Assembly (NCBI RefSeq): GCF_009914755.1
Contig: NC_060930.1
Length of the DNA: 64,000 nucleotides
DNA from: the human T2T-CHM13v2.0 reference genome, Homo sapiens
Strand: one strand, 5' to 3'
Position 1 is the stretch's first letter; each line of letters opens with the position of its first letter. Below, piece by piece: positions 1 through 13,877 of this stretch. The translations under genes and the position numbers were made by a program. Under the pieces are notes generated by a model. It searched no databases and was not told where the DNA came from. It was given only the letters and a program-made list of their open reading frames with translations.

Positions 1-170
1 TCTTAGTACATTTCATGAACAGTTCGTTCAAGTCAAAGTCACCTGTTGTTTGCAGAGAAGTTGAAAATTGAAAGAAGAAATTCTCTCCTTTCTTCTCATT
101 CATTCTACCTTTCCTTCCTCCTCCTTCCCCTCCACTACTCTCTTCCCCTTCCCTTCTCCTGTGTTTTTAC

Positions 171-236
171 TTTCATTCATTAAACAACTTATTAAATACC
201 TACTATGTTGACATACCCTGGAGCTAGATGATACAT
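171..236 (-). mobile_element. L2 LINE 3' tail fragment
   Basis: ttcattcattaaacaaacttattaaatacctactatgt resembles the reverse complement of the L2 3' end (...gtaggcgctcaataaatatttgttgaatgaatgaa). Confidence 0.6.
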
Positions 237-314
237 CAGGCTTAATTCCACTTCAAGGCTGGGAAGTAAGTAATGTGGCATGATATTAATCTTCCCAAGA
301 CATTTGTATGGGAA

Positions 315-436
315 ATATTAGCTATAATTCATAGAGGTGGAAACTAAGATTGAGAACGGTTTTATAATGCACAGAGGTCACATAGGAGATAACAAATAGA
401 CCTGGGATTCAAATCTAGACGTTTTCAGTTCCAGAA
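315..436 (-). mobile_element. MIR SINE fragment
   Basis: ggaaactaagattgaga...gaggtcacatagg...ctgggattcaaatctagac matches the antisense MIR core. Confidence 0.65.
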
Positions 437-559
437 TACATATGTTTCCACACAAAATTACTTGAAATAAAAATCCAGGAAGTCCAGGGCACTGAGGGAG
501 AGAGATGAACACAAATGAATCTGAGGTGCTAGAAGCCAGCATGCCTACAGGTTAAAGAG

Positions 560-1330
560 TGGACACTGGGCTTTGGTGAGATAAGGCTGGAGGAGTAAGG
601 AGGGATTTGATTATGTCCACCCTTATAGGCCATATTAATCAGGTTAATTTTTAGTCCTATGGCCACTAGGAAACCACTGACTTAACTTTAGTTAAGTGGG
701 TGACAAAACAAGATTTACACACTGGAAAGATAGCTCAGAGGTCAGGGTGAATGTGGGTAACTAGCAGTGCAGCTAAGATGATGGACTAAGGTGATGTGAT
801 TAATACGTATAATATAAAATGCTAGGATTCGCTGCTACATTAGATATGTACATTAAAGGGTGCAAGATTTCTAGTGTGACTCAGAGGTTTCAGACTTCCT
901 TACTGGGTAGAAATCACGTTTGATCTAGGATGGGATGAAGAGGTGGAATGTTAACTGAATACATGCATGTGTGAGGTTAAAGAAAATATAAAATAAGAAG
1001 AGGCATGACACCAAGTTATGAAGAGCTACAACATTGATGGTTGGATAGAAGGAGTGATCTTAGAAAAGGGAGAATAAAGAAAAAAAATCAGAAATCAGAA
1101 GATAGGTCAAGGAAACTAAGAAAGGCAGAAGAAAGATTTTTAAGGCAGGAGTGGTCAGTAGCGTCAAATTCTGTTGAAATTAACAAGTGTTCATCAGATT
1201 TAGTGACTGAAGATCATTGTTAACCTTAGAGCTCTTTGAATCAAGGTTCTAGAAGTCAGATGAGAATGGATAAAGTTAGGAAGTGGATTCTGAAGGAGCA
1301 AGAATAATTTTGTAGAGAGGCAGTGGGGCA
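560..1330 (-). mobile_element. Degraded L2 LINE
   Basis: Purine-rich antisense L2 motifs: gagataaggctggaggagtaagg, ggaaaccactga, agatttacac..ggaaagatagctc, ggagtggtcagtagcgtcaaattctg. Confidence 0.6.
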
Positions 1331-2131
1331 AATCAAGAAAGATTTCAGAAGAAGTCATAATTTGTTTTCCCTTTTTCTTAATATTTTCTTGGAAAAGAAT
1401 TCCCTTCTTAAAATAATTTGAGAATGTAGAGTTGTAGCATTCTAATTTTCATTTTTTTAAACGACTCTCCTTTTTTTTTTTTTTTTAGTACTGTAATTCT
1501 ATCTTTACCACTCAATTTTACCACTATCTTTACCACTAAATTTTAAGGCCCTTAAAAGAATAGAATAATAAACCTATTATTTTATATCTATTTACAATCT
1601 TCTTTCAAAACAATATACACATGCATGTAGATTAATTAGTCATCAACTATTTTATACGTATATTTACATATATACACACATACACATATACATATATACT
1701 ATTGCAATATATACTATTCATACAGCAGTTATGCTATTTATGCCAGAAATTCTGTATCAGAATTTCAATTAATTTTATGTTTTCATTCCAGTGATAACCC
1801 TAATATTGTAATTAATTGTGTTTTAGATCATCTGATTGAGCACCAAGCTCTGTCATGAAATTTTAGTACCCAAATTTGTATGTGATTTCCATTTTATTTT
1901 CTTTCATAAGAAATCATGGTTTGCTATATGAACAAATTCTGTATTGTACCAAATGAAGGAAAGTTGGGGGAAATTGAATTTACATGCAGTCATGTAATGT
2001 AAACCTCTGGATCAAAGATGGCTGCTCTGTCAATAGAATCACATTAAATTAAGCAATAGATAACAATAAGTAGAACCAACTGTATGTGCAACAAGTTTTA
2101 AAAACAGCGAGTAATGAATGCACAATGAAAA

Positions 2132-2331
2132 AGCCAGACATGGTGGTGGGTGTGTGCCTGTAGTCCCAGCTACTTAGGAAGCTGAGTCAAGAGGACTGAT
2201 TGATCCCAGATGTTTGGAGGCCGCAGTGAGCTGTGATCATGCCACTGCAATCTAGCTCGGGCAATGGACCAAGACCCCCATCTCAAAAAAAAAAAAGAAA
2301 AGAAGAAAAATAAAAGTAGAAAAAGAAAAAA
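2132..2331 (+). mobile_element. Alu right-arm monomer (FRAM/AluJ-type) with A-rich tail
   Basis: gccagacatggtgg..gcctgtagtcccagctacttaggaagctgag..gcagtgagctgtgatcatgccactgca..catctc followed by poly(A). Confidence 0.9.
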
Positions 2332-2959
2332 TAGCAATGTGAACATCTTATTCCATCTTATTCAAAGGAAAAATACAGCTTTAAAGAGTTATCAAGCAAT
2401 ACCTTATTAAAATTGGCAAGATAATGATTACGTACAATGTTAGGTTCTCTTGAACTAGCAAAACACTGAAGCCATTAATCCCACTTTGTACAACACATGT
2501 GAGCAGGGATTCTCTCCATTAAATATTAGACTTTTGAAATACAAAGCCATGCATATTTAGAATTAGATCTGTGCCTACTTCTTTCTGCAATTAACTAAAC
2601 ATCACTTTTTGACTTAATGCCAAAACATTTTTGAAAAATAATACAAATTTGAATTTTTTAATTTGATTTTTAAAAAAATTTCTAATTGTTTTGGGTTTTT
2701 ATCACAAATATATTTAAATGGGATTATAAAACATTTTAGAAATACAGTATTTGTTTTCTCTAAAAGTGGGCTAAATATATTATTCAAATCGAAAAAATTC
2801 TAAGGCATTTGGATTAAAGCAAAGTTTCGTAAAGCATTCCAATTCTTCCTCCCAAGGCAGTTTAAAATCTAATTGATGAAATGGGACCTAGTAGACTTGG
2901 ACCAATGGATACACAAGAAGATATACTGCTGCAGGCCAGATGTCCAGTGGATTCTGATG

Positions 2960-3170
2960 TCATGGATGGCTTCAAGGAGGAAGTAGAACTTGGCTTGATC
3001 CTTTATGGCTAGGGTGAAGTTTGGCATGGTGTTCTAGGAGAGGGAGACTAGATGAGCAATGGTGTACAGAATTGTGCTCAGGATAATTAGGGCTTCAGTT
3101 TAGCTGGAGACTGTGTGAAATGATCAGGGGAGATACAACTGCAAAATAGTCTGGGGGCAAATTATAGATT
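2960..3170 (-). mobile_element. L2 fragment
   Basis: ggcttcaaggaggaagtagaactt..ttcagtttagctggag..ggagatacaactgcaaaatagtctgggggcaaattat is antisense-L2-like. Confidence 0.45.
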
Positions 3171-4511
3171 AAATACATTTACTGTCAGTAAAGCCATTGA
3201 TTAACATCAAATTCTACTCCCTCACATTTATTGTATTTCATGGATTTATGTAAGTACACTGAGGATATTTCTTCTAGAGGTTTCTGTGTTCCATAAAAAT
3301 ATTTTCAGATTAAATAATTTCTCATAGAAAACACATGACGAATCATAAAAATAGAGGAAAAAACTTGTAAATCACATGTTACTGAAATAATCATTGGGAT
3401 TTGGTTGGCTGTTTTTAGTAAAGTTAGACTTATTATTAAGTTCATTACTCCCCCAACCCCATTTTTGTGACTCTTTCTTCATTGTGTTTCACATCCGATA
3501 GGGAAGTAAGTGAGATAATATGTGTGTAATTTCCTTGTTTATTTCTTCCTTTATTTTTATCCCTTTTTATTCTTCTTTTATCTATAGAAAATGATATCAA
3601 AATGTTTATCATTACAACTCTTCCATTCCTTTCACCTTCCTTTAGTTTACTCATGAATTTTCCAAATGGGGGATCTTTGCATCAGGTTGTCTTTGGAAAT
3701 GTTTGGAGTCTTAGAGATGGAATACAGAAAGACAGTTGATAAAGAACATTTTTTTTCTTCCTCAGTAGATCAATACCAGACCTAATGCTTATCCTTGTTC
3801 ATGTGAATGCTTTTATATATTTGAACTGCCAACATATAAATGTTGACCAATAAAGGCATACACATAATTTTTAGTCATGTGGATTTTAACATTTTAACTT
3901 TGTTAAATAAATAAAAACATTTGTTACATGCTTCATGTTCTATATTTGACAAACACTAGTTCTATTCTGATTTTCATAGACTTCTGTAAGGAAATGCCTA
4001 TAGAATACATCACCTTTTACTTTAATGTTCTCTCAGTGAACTTGTCCTATGCTACAGAGCATCCTTGAAAACAACAACCTGCTAAAATTTTAAAGATAGC
4101 CTCCTTCCAGCAGTAAGAATTTCTTCAGAAGTAGAACCTTTTCCAAACATATTAATATTTTCAAAAAGATGATAACCCTGTCAGGGATTAGACTGTCTCC
4201 AGGGTTAAAACCATAATCTGGTAAATAACTTCAACAGAGTATCTCTTTCTCCCTGAATAGGAAACTTTCTCATCAGGGAATCCCACAGACATTCATTTCT
4301 TCAAAGACAGGACCATTAAAACATGTCAGAATCTTCAAAGTGGGAAACATGCCACCCCTTAGCAAAATGAAGTCCTTTAAAGTACAAGCCCAACAGCATT
4401 ATGAAGGCTCTGAAGGAAAAGTCCCAAAGCTCTACAAAATACTGCTTCCAGTACCCAATCCTCAAGATTTTAATTTTAAAATGTTATGCAGATGGTGCGT
4501 AATCTACTTTT

Positions 4512-6281
4512 TTAAAATAGACTGTATTTTTAGAACAGTTTTAGGTTCATAGCAAAATTGAGCGGAAATAAAGAGATTTCTTTATATACCCACTGCCTCC
4601 ACACTTACATAGCCTTCCCCATTATCAACATCCCTCACCAGAGTGGTGTATTTGTTACAATCCATAATCCTACATTAACACATCATTTTCACCCAAAGTC
4701 CATTGTTTACATTCGGGTCTCACTCTTGGTATTGTGCATTCTATGGGTTTGGAAAAACATATAATGACTTGTATCCACCATTATAGTAGCATACAGAGTA
4801 GTTTTTTGCACTGTTCTAAAAATTTTCTGGGCTCCACCTATTCATCCCTCCCTCCTTCCAATCCCTGGCAACCAATGATCTTTTTACTGTCTCCATAGTT
4901 TTGCCTTTTTCAGAATGTCATATTGTTGGAATCATGCAGTACGTCTTTTTAGACTGGTTTCTTAGACTTAGTTGTATGCATATAAAATTCCTCCATATTT
5001 CTCCATGATTTAATAGCTCATTTCCTTTTAGCACTGAATAATATCCCATTATCTGGATGTACTAGTTTATTTATCAATTCACCTACTGAAGGACACCTTG
5101 ATTGCTTCCAGGTTTTGGCAATTATGAATAAAGCTGCTGTAAACATCACGTGCAGGTTTTTACGTGGATTCAAAAAAACTTCTTTGGGTCAATACGAAGG
5201 CAGGTAATTAGTGGCTCAATTGGCAAGAGTATGTTTAGTTGTTAAAGAAACTGCCGCCCTGTTTTCCAAAGTGGCTGCAACATTTTGTATTCCCATCAGC
5301 AATGAATGAACATTTCTGTTGCTCTATATCCTTGCCAGCATTTGGTGGTGTTGGTGTTCTGGATTTTGGCCATCATATTAGGTGTGTTGTGTTATCTAAC
5401 TGTTGTTTAAATTTGCATTTTTTGAATGACATATGTAATGGAGCATCTTTTAATATGCTTGTTTGCCATTTGTATATCCTCTTTGGTAAGATATTTTTTA
5501 ATTTTTGGAACTTTTAAAACTCAGGTTTTCTTAAGTTGTAAGGTTGCTTTATATGTCTTATATAACAGTTCTTTATCAGATATGTTCTTACAAATATTTT
5601 CCCTCCATCTATGGCTTATCTTTTCATCTTCTCAACAGTGTCTTTTACAGAGCAGATGTTTTTAATTTTAATAAAGTTCAGCTTTTCAATTATTTCTTTC
5701 ATGGATTTTTTTCTTCATTGTTGTACTTCACAATCATCACCAAACCAGGGGTCATTTAGATTTTTCTATGTTATTTTCTAGGGGTTTTACAGTTTTATAC
5801 TTCACATTTAGGTCTATGATCCATTTTGAATTAATTTTGATGATGGATGTCAGATCTGTTGGATGAAGGTATGGATTCATATATTTGCACATGGATGTCC
5901 AGTTGTTACAGCACCATTTTGTTGAAAAGACTATCTTTGCTCCATTGTATTGTCTTTATTCCTTTGTCAAAGATCAGTTGACTATATTTATGTGGCTCTA
6001 CACTTGAGCTGTATTCCTTTCTACTGCTCTATCTGTCTATTCCTTTACCAATACCACACTGTCTTGATTATTGTAGCTTTATAGTAAGTCCTGAAGGTGC
6101 ACAGTGTCAGTTTTCCAACTTTGTTCTTCTCCTTCAGTATGTTGGCTATTCTGGGTCTTGTGCCTCTCCATATAAATGGTAGAATCATTTTATTGATAGT
6201 CACAAGATAACATGCTAGGATTTTTTCTTAGGATTGTACTGAATCTATATTAAGTTGGAAAGAACTGACTTGTTAATGTCC
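4512..6281 (-). mobile_element. L1MC (L1MC1/2-like), 5'-truncated, with 11-bp TSD
   Basis: Starts aatagactgtatttttagaacagttttaggttcatagcaaaattgagcgg (L1MC 3' end, antisense) and runs into antisense ORF2 (cagcaccattttgttgaaaagactatc). AATCTACTTTT occurs at 4501-4511 and 6282-6292. Confidence 0.9.
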
Positions 6282-6720
6282 AATCTACTTTTGAAATGTT
6301 CCCATTTCACTTGCACCATTTTAACTGATAAGTAAAATGCTGCAAGATCTAATTATCAATTTAAAACATTGGTATTAAAAACTTCATATGTGTATATTTA
6401 AAATCTAATACAAGGACCTGGGGGAAAATAATATATGAATATTGAACAGAACCCTATGCAGTTGCATTATGTAACAGCAGTCTTTCACTTAGTTCACATT
6501 ATTTGTCATTTAGAGGAGGGGCCTACAAGTCAGGAGAACAAGTTTTCTGAGGATAAGTCTTCTTGATTGTGCTTTTTTCTTTAGGAAAAAGGGTTTATCT
6601 GCTTTATCCACCTGACAGATATTGTGAGACTACATTAATATCAGAGAAAGCTCTGTGAAAACGGATGAATGCCATTATAACTATAATCATCATCATTACT
6701 TTTTATAATAAATAAAATAA

Positions 6721-6835
6721 ACACGGGGTCTTGCTCCGTTGCCCAGGCTGGTCTTGAACTCCTGGCCTCAAGCCATCCTCCCACTTCAGCCTCCCAAAGT
6801 GTTGGGATTATAGACATGAGCCATTGCATCTGGGT
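6721..6835 (-). mobile_element. FLAM (free left Alu monomer)
   Basis: ggggtcttgctccgttgcccaggctggtcttgaactcctggcctcaagccatcctcccacttcagcctcccaaagtgttgggattatag. Confidence 0.9.
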
Positions 6836-7914
6836 GTCATCAATGTTATTAATTATGTGATTGTCACTATTTCCCACTTCAGCAATTTTTATGTAATCAA
6901 AGAATATTTTTTATCTTAATATGAAATTTCATTGGGCTGTGAGAGTTTTGGGTATAAGCTAATGTTAAAATTACAAATAAATTAAGTATATGAAAATCTA
7001 TGGAATGCATAAATACTAATATAAACACAGTGTACAGAAAATATTTGCAGCAATAGTTTATTTTCATTTTTACTTTTTATTATTATCCATACAGTTAGTC
7101 TATGTATTGATTATAATAAAAAATATGATTTGAATCCTATCTATGGTATTCTATTTCCGAAAACATTTGGGAAGCTGATTCAGAGTACATTAATTTTGAG
7201 ATTATGGGGATCAGGAGCAGGAAGTGGGTTAGGTAAATTTTTCTTTTCTCTCCCTCAATTATTTGTTTTTGCAAGATGATGATGCCATTCTACATTTGAA
7301 AAAGGGCCAAAATCATGTGTTTAGTGTGTGTGTGACTGTGTATAAGACTTCAATGTTATGGAATAGAACTCAATATAATATATAATAAAAGTTTATATTA
7401 CCATCTAAAATGTAAATATAGTTCAAAGATACCATGCACAAAATATAATGGGTTTGAATCTTGGAATTAAAATTGTGGTTGCAAAGGTTCTGGGTTAACT
7501 GATGTTACATTTTGCTGCCTTTTACTTATAATCAGCTAAAACCATTTTAAAAATGTCTGTAGTTCTATTTCCCAAGACAAACTTCTACCTACTAACAAAA
7601 ATCACTTAAACATGATCAGCATTTTAGCTCTATAACTTTGAACAACATGATTTTCTGAATTCTTAACACTTCTCTTATAAGAGTCTTGAGAATGGTCATT
7701 TCCCAAGAATGGGAGCAGCCTGTGGGAAGCACAGCCTCAGTGCAAACGCTGTGGCTGCAATGCAAGCTAAGGCCAAATGTCGATGACCTTTAGCAGCAGT
7801 TATAAGAGATCTGTGGGGCATGTTTTAATGGCCAGCACAGTGGATGAGAGCTATTTTATGATTAGAGGAACTACGGGGGCCAGGAAAATGAAAGCATCAC
7901 AAGAATACCAAAAT

Positions 7915-8060
7915 ACTTCAGCACTTGTTATGTTCCAGGTGTTTTGGATATTTATATACTTGGTATCTCTTTTAAATCTTACAGCAACCCTAAGAAGGTA
8001 ATATTATCCTGATATTAAATAAGTTTTAATATATAAAAATGAGGTTTAGATGACTGACAT
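7915..8060 (-). mobile_element. MIR fragment
   Basis: gcacttgttatgttccagg..aatcttacagcaaccctaagaaggtaatattatcc is antisense-MIR-like. Confidence 0.55.
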
Positions 8061-8476
8061 TATTTTAATTTTGAGGAGATAGTCGAAAAGTTAATAGTAA
8101 TATGTGAAACTAAATTGTTAAATGGATGCCTCAGTAGAGTTTTAGAAAATATGTTCAGTCTTGACAAAAATGGTGTGAAAATCAGGAATCATAAGGTAAT
8201 CCTTCTGTATTCATTTTTCATTCTAAATAAGAGGTTTGTGTAGTGATAGGCCACAAAATTTACACTAACAAATTTTTTCTCTTATTGAGTCTTTCTGGGT
8301 TACCTGGAGATCTGAGGCAAGCTCATAAGACATGCTATGGGCCCCATACAGATAAAATAACCAGTCTGAAGAACTGGTTTTCTGCTTCACAGTAAATTTT
8401 CCACCATGAAAATGAGATTTCTTCTAGTGTCAGGAATAATGCACAACTAATGAAGATGAAGGGCTGTATTCTAGAC

Positions 8477-9763
8477 CTGTGCTTCTTAAACTTTCTGATC
8501 CGAATACTTTTGTGGGTTATATTTGTGACTGTTTGCATATTAGACATCAAAACTTAGAAAATAATTAAATATTCTAAAACAGTTAACTTAAAATAATGGC
8601 ACTAAACCCATTATATGCAAACATAGATAACATTTTTTATGAAAATAACTATCCCCCCCCAAAAAAGAAAAAGAATGACAGGAATGACATTGCTTAACAT
8701 TTTTGCAAATCAATTTAATGTTTAAATTAATAGACAATAGTAAATTCTGATATCTGTGCCTTCATTTCATCTGCTGCCAGACATGATTGAAGTATATGAA
8801 GAATCTCTGGCCTTACACAGACATGTAGTTATCATTACGGATAATTGCAAGTATTCTTTGATACCACACCAAAACTCAGGAAGTGGTTGTTTTTTAAAGG
8901 TTACAATGTGAAACCTGAAATCATATCAATCAATGTTTCATATTTTGTTAAAATCCATTGGGATCTTATGAACTTTGAATGGACCCATACTTAAATTTAT
9001 AACATCATATGTTGGTCTTTTGAAAAGTACTGGTTCACAGAGGTATTCAGATGTTCCAAATATCAAAACAAAATATTTGTTTTTATTAACATTTGTTAAT
9101 ATCACCATCAGTTTCATCAAAAAATGTTAAGTATTGGGAAGTTCAAATTTTATCACTAGCAGCAAATATTGTTGGTTTCTTTCTCTGACACTTCAATCAC
9201 TTTCCATAAAATATCTGCTCAATATCCGTATCTGAATATCCATAATTTGTCAGTCATTCTTTCAAGTAAAAGGATACTCCATGAAAGACTAGCTAGTTTA
9301 GCTGTGATTCAGTTGCCCAAGTGCTTTTCCTCCAAAGAACCATCATACTTCAATACATAACAAAACTACTTTTTGTGTACTTCTAATTTCATTACATGGG
9401 ATACTGAAAAGATGTATATTCAAGTTTCAAGATTTCATCAAATTGCAAATTTTTACTGCTTCACTGAAGACATTCTTAAGAGAAATCCTTTAATTAATTA
9501 GTTTAGTTATTTGGATAAGTAACTGTGGATATGTGGTGGGGAGAAATATTGTACAACGACTACTAGTACAGTTTGGTGCAAACAGCTAGGAGTTTTATCC
9601 ACCATTGCTTTTTGTAACATCAGTGCAATTGTGAATACTGTGAAAAAGTAAGTAACGTCTTAGTATTATGATAACAATATTTCTGACTTTGTGTTCCCAT
9701 CCCACATCCCAAAGGTGTCTTGGGTGACGAAAAGGTCCACAGACCACACTTTATAAACCTCTG
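8477..9763 (-). mobile_element. Charlie1a-like hAT DNA transposon, near full length, both termini present
   Basis: Decayed terminal inverted repeats (ctgtgcttcttaaact ... ccacactttataaacctctg). Left flank ttctagac fits the Charlie NTCTAGAN target. The - strand at 9363-9322 translates LLCIEV*WFFGGKA, matching the hAT LLHTEVRWLSRGKA motif. Confidence 0.85.
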
Positions 9764-9919
9764 TTCCAATAATACAGTTAAAAATTATTGAAACTGTCCT
9801 AGAGTATATTTGCTCAATGAGGTCAGTGATCTGACCTCTGGCACTTAAGAGCAGTTCCTAACAGCACATGATGTAAGTATAAAATATTATTTGGTGAATT
9901 AAAATAGAAACAACTGAAT

Positions 9920-10120
9920 GTATGAGTTCTGGTCCCTCTCCCCATTCTTACCTCCTCCAACCAGGCTATGTGCTGAATGGCTCTGTGATTTATTTTTCTT
10001 TTCTATACAATGGAGATAATAACAGCACTTAACTTACAGGTTTGTTTTAAAGGTGACATGTGAGAATATATTAAATGTTTCACAGAAAGACCAACACATA
10101 GTAGTGGTATTCCATTATTG
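9920..10120 (+). mobile_element. MIR
   Basis: ctatacaatggagataataacagcacttaacttacaggtttgttttaaagg..aacacatagtag matches the MIR core and 3' half. Confidence 0.65.
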
Positions 10121-10144
10121 AAACATACATTAAGAATCCCCAGT

Positions 10145-10612
10145 TGTCTCAGTTATGGTTGGATTTCATTGCCTATTACAGTGTTTCTATCAAAAGAGCA
10201 GAGTATCATGCATGAATTAAGAGCTAGCTAGGAAAGCACTTGGAGGCTTGCATGATAGCTTCACAATATCTTCGGCTACTCAGGCTTCTATTTTTCTGCA
10301 CTCATATCATACCATGTTATTTTCATCGTAGGGTCACATCCAGATGCTGGATGCATTCAAAGTTTATGCATTGAAGGCCAGAAAAAGGAAGAAAGGTAGG
10401 AAGGGTTTTCAAAAAGGCTGCACTGAACTGAGTCAGTTTCCTTTAATTAGCTTTCTCAGAAGTCGTATATGCCAGTTCTACATTTCATTGGCTACAGCTT
10501 GGCCACAGAGAAGGGAGGCAGAGAAGTTAGATTCTATTCTGTGTGTTACTGTAACTACCTAGAAATTAGGGTTTCTATATTAAGGAGAAATAAGAAAACT
10601 AATGGCCTCTGC
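10145..10612 (-). mobile_element. MaLR solo LTR (MLT1J-like)
   Basis: caggcttctatttttctgcactc..ggccagaaaaaggaagaaagg..ttctacatttcattggctac..aattagggtttctatattaaggagaaa is typical of antisense old MLT1. Confidence 0.65.
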
Positions 10613-12489
10613 TGAAACAGTAAAATAGGTGCTATGTAACATATAAAATGGATATATTCTATTGTGTAGAAGTGTGACTGATACAGATGCTTTTTGCTCC
10701 TGTATGGAGATAACAACTATTTGACCTAGCATTGAACTCAGCACCTTACCATCAGCCTTTATCCTCACTGAAGGGTAGAGACTGTGCGTCAGACTGTATC
10801 TAGTGTCTCTATGTTCTCCCCAGGATCAAGCAATGGAAATTTATATGTACAGAGCGTTGGATGTGATTCAGCTACACTGATGACTAACCATTTTAGGCTG
10901 AACTGAGAGCACTACAGCCTCTCTAAGTTTCCTGAATCTTATCCCAATTATATTTCATTTAATAACACTCAGTGAAATATCTGGTGGCAGGGGAAATGAA
11001 ACTACATGCTTTTATGGGCTCATTCATCAAGAACTAATTGAAGCTTTCATGCAGTTTAGTGATGATAAAACAGTGTAACAATAAACAATAACAAAATTCA
11101 CTGTAGAAGGATTTGTTTTGCCGTGAGGAAAATGGTTCCGTTTCATCTTGGGATTCCTGGTTAAAAGAGTCTCCAGTTTACAAAGGGATAAGCACAGGCT
11201 CCTCTGCATAATGACGGGGTGGAAGCTGTGTCAAATGTATTAGTGTTGCTCCACTGGAGCCATTCTTATCCTAAGTATTTGCTATTGTGTGGGACACTGG
11301 CAGGAGGCTGCAGGACCAATAGGATTTTTAAAAGTTTCTTTTTGCTATTTATTGTTATTGTGCTTGAAGCAGCTCCTCCATAGTTTTTATTAAGAAATAT
11401 AGAAACATCTTTGTGTACCTTCACAAAGTTCAGATTCCTAAAAATTGCATTTTAAGAAGTTCTTTTTTGAATACTTCCACATAAGAAATTGTCTGGCTCT
11501 TTGTCATTGGAATCCTTGTTCCTTCACATGTGGTGTTCAGACATCTGGCTGAATTGAAAAGGAAGAAACAGAACGTACTTCTTCCTCATTTTTTTGGTAG
11601 TGATTTAAAAGAAATAGTAGGAAAATGAAATATATGAGAAATGTGCTGCAAACCACTGTAAACCCGAACAGCCATTTGCTTACACACCTTAAAATGTGTT
11701 GCTATATTTATATGACTTCCATGGCAGTAAGCACTATACTCTACATGCAGAATTTACTTGGTAACTGGTATGTCTTATATGTAATAACCACAGTTTTTAT
11801 TGGTAAAACTTATTACCTAGACTCAACTCGACTCAAGGCAATAAGATTAGGCTGTCTACTATCACCATTTAAAAAATGTCCCAGTAGAATGTGTATATGA
11901 ACACAGATTGCAGATAAATGATGCTCATATAATAAGGCTCATAGGATAAGATACCATTAATATTGATTTATGTGTTTTGAGAATTTATCTGCAAAAATAA
12001 GAAAGTTGTAATATAGATATGGTCAGTTATAAATTTAAAATGCAATTTTTTGTTCAAATTTACTTTCATTGTAAAAAGTAATTTCTCTTAAGAGCTTTTT
12101 AAAAATGGCACAGTCTTAATGCATGTTAAACAAATCACTACCAAGCCTAAATTATTCCATAGAATAAGAAGGATTTAAAGAAATTACAGTCACTCTTTTG
12201 GTTGGCTAAGAAGCCAAATTAATCCTTCATGTGTTTAGTTGCCAGTAACTTCAGTCAATTTGTAATCCCATTAATGAATGAGGGATAAGTTCATATCATA
12301 TCTAAGAAGAATCAATATAATGCCTATGTTTTGAGATAAATTAATGATTGTAGATTGTACAGTTTCATATGGTAGACCATATGTGACTTTCCAGATAGAT
12401 TTGTCAAATAGTAGAATTTTATAGCAAAGGGATCTGAAGATGGGAACAACAACAACTTAGCCTAAATTTAATCTGCCCCTTGTTGTAAT

Positions 12490-12885
12490 GCTTCCACTGT
12501 AGTTCTCAAAAAACTAGGCAGCTTCTACCTCAGGACCTGCCCTCTACATATCATCCTTCTTCTCAGTATTTCCACAAGGCTTGTTCATTCATGTCTTTCA
12601 GGCCTTGATCAAATGCTGCATTCTAAATGATGACTTCCTGCCCATCTTATAGTGCATAGTGACCCACGAACTCATGCACCCTAATTGCTGTTTTATTTTT
12701 CTCTCTGAACATATATCATCATCTGACACCTTGTTTATTACCTATGTATCTATTTGCTGTCTACTAGCTAGAATTTAGGCTCCATGAGAGCAGGTGTTCT
12801 GCTGTTTTGTTCATTGGTGGATACCAGCACCTAGCCCGGAGCCTGACAAATAATAACAGCATTCGGTGACATATGTTAACTGAAC
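12490..12885 (+). mobile_element. L2a 3' region
   Basis: cctcaggacctgc..gatcaaatgctgcattct..ctagaatttaggctccatgagagcaggtgttctgctgttttgttcattg..ccagcacctag. Confidence 0.75.
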
Positions 12886-12914
12886 GGTTTGGGGTTCTAG
12901 ACCTCTCATGTCAC

Positions 12915-13040
12915 ATACAGTGTTTAGATAAGGGAAATCAGTTAGTCTACTTATTTCTGTTTCCTTATCTATAATATATGAAAAATAATGATTACTGTTA
13001 CACTTCACTTATTAAATAAAACAATGTGTTTGAAAACTCT
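12915..13040 (+). mobile_element. MIR fragment
   Basis: tctgtttccttatctataatatatgaaaaataatg resembles the MIR core. Confidence 0.45.
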
Positions 13041-13458
13041 TTTCTAAAGGCAAATGATTGCAATCATAACATCAAATGGCTTTCAGACAGCCCTGAGGAG
13101 TTAATAGATTTTGCCTTTCTTGGCTTTTTTGGTTAAAAGGAGACGTAGAACTGAGGTAAAGTGTTGGCCTTAGTACACAAGTTAAAGCTACATTCAACTG
13201 GTCAAAAGAATGCCTATTACAAGTTGTTAGTAATGTAGCAATGAGATAATCTTGTGATGAATAGCAGGCAATGATTTATACAAACAGAACTAGAGGTGAC
13301 ACTTTGAAGAGAGTTGGAATTTGAGGGATAGAAATTTAGGTAGCATGAAGGTGGTAGGGTGCAAAAACTAACTGGACTACGTGAGAAATAAACCAGTGAG
13401 TGTGATCTCATTTATAGTATGTTAATAAGAAAAATGGTGCATTACAGTGGAAGGGTAG

Positions 13459-13859
13459 TGCAATAGTTAATTATGTATGTCAGCTTGGCTCTGTTATCCA
13501 GTTGTTTAGCCAAACACTAGTCTAGATGTTGCTATAAGGGTATTTTGTAGATGTAGTTTACATTTACTATGGTCAATTGACTTTAAGTAAAACAAACTAC
13601 CCTCAATAATGTGGGTGGTGGGTCTTATCAACCAGTTGAAGGCCTTAAAAGCAAAATACTGAGGTCTTCTGGAGAAGTAATTCTGCCGAAAGAATGTAAC
13701 ATAGAAATCATGCCTGAGTTTTCCGTCTGCAGGCTTGCCCTGTGGATTTCAGATTTACCGTCTCCCACATCCACATGAGCCAATTTCTTAAAATTAAGCT
13801 TTCTCTCTCAGTATACATCTCATTGGTTTTTGTTTCTCTGGAGAATGATGGTTGATACA
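13459..13859 (+). mobile_element. ERVL solo LTR (MLT2C/MLT2D-like)
   Basis: TG...CA ends. Internal ccaaacactagtctagatgttgct, accagttgaaggcctta, tgagccaatttcttaaaat, tgtttctctggagaa. 5-bp TSD ggtag/gctag (4/5). Confidence 0.9.
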
Positions 13860-13877
13860 GCTAGGTATCTGTGGTTT

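Noticed and set aside
1499-1545. 25-bp-period tandem duplication (TTTACCACT units)
   Set aside because: Ordinary local slippage duplication with under two copies; not an array.
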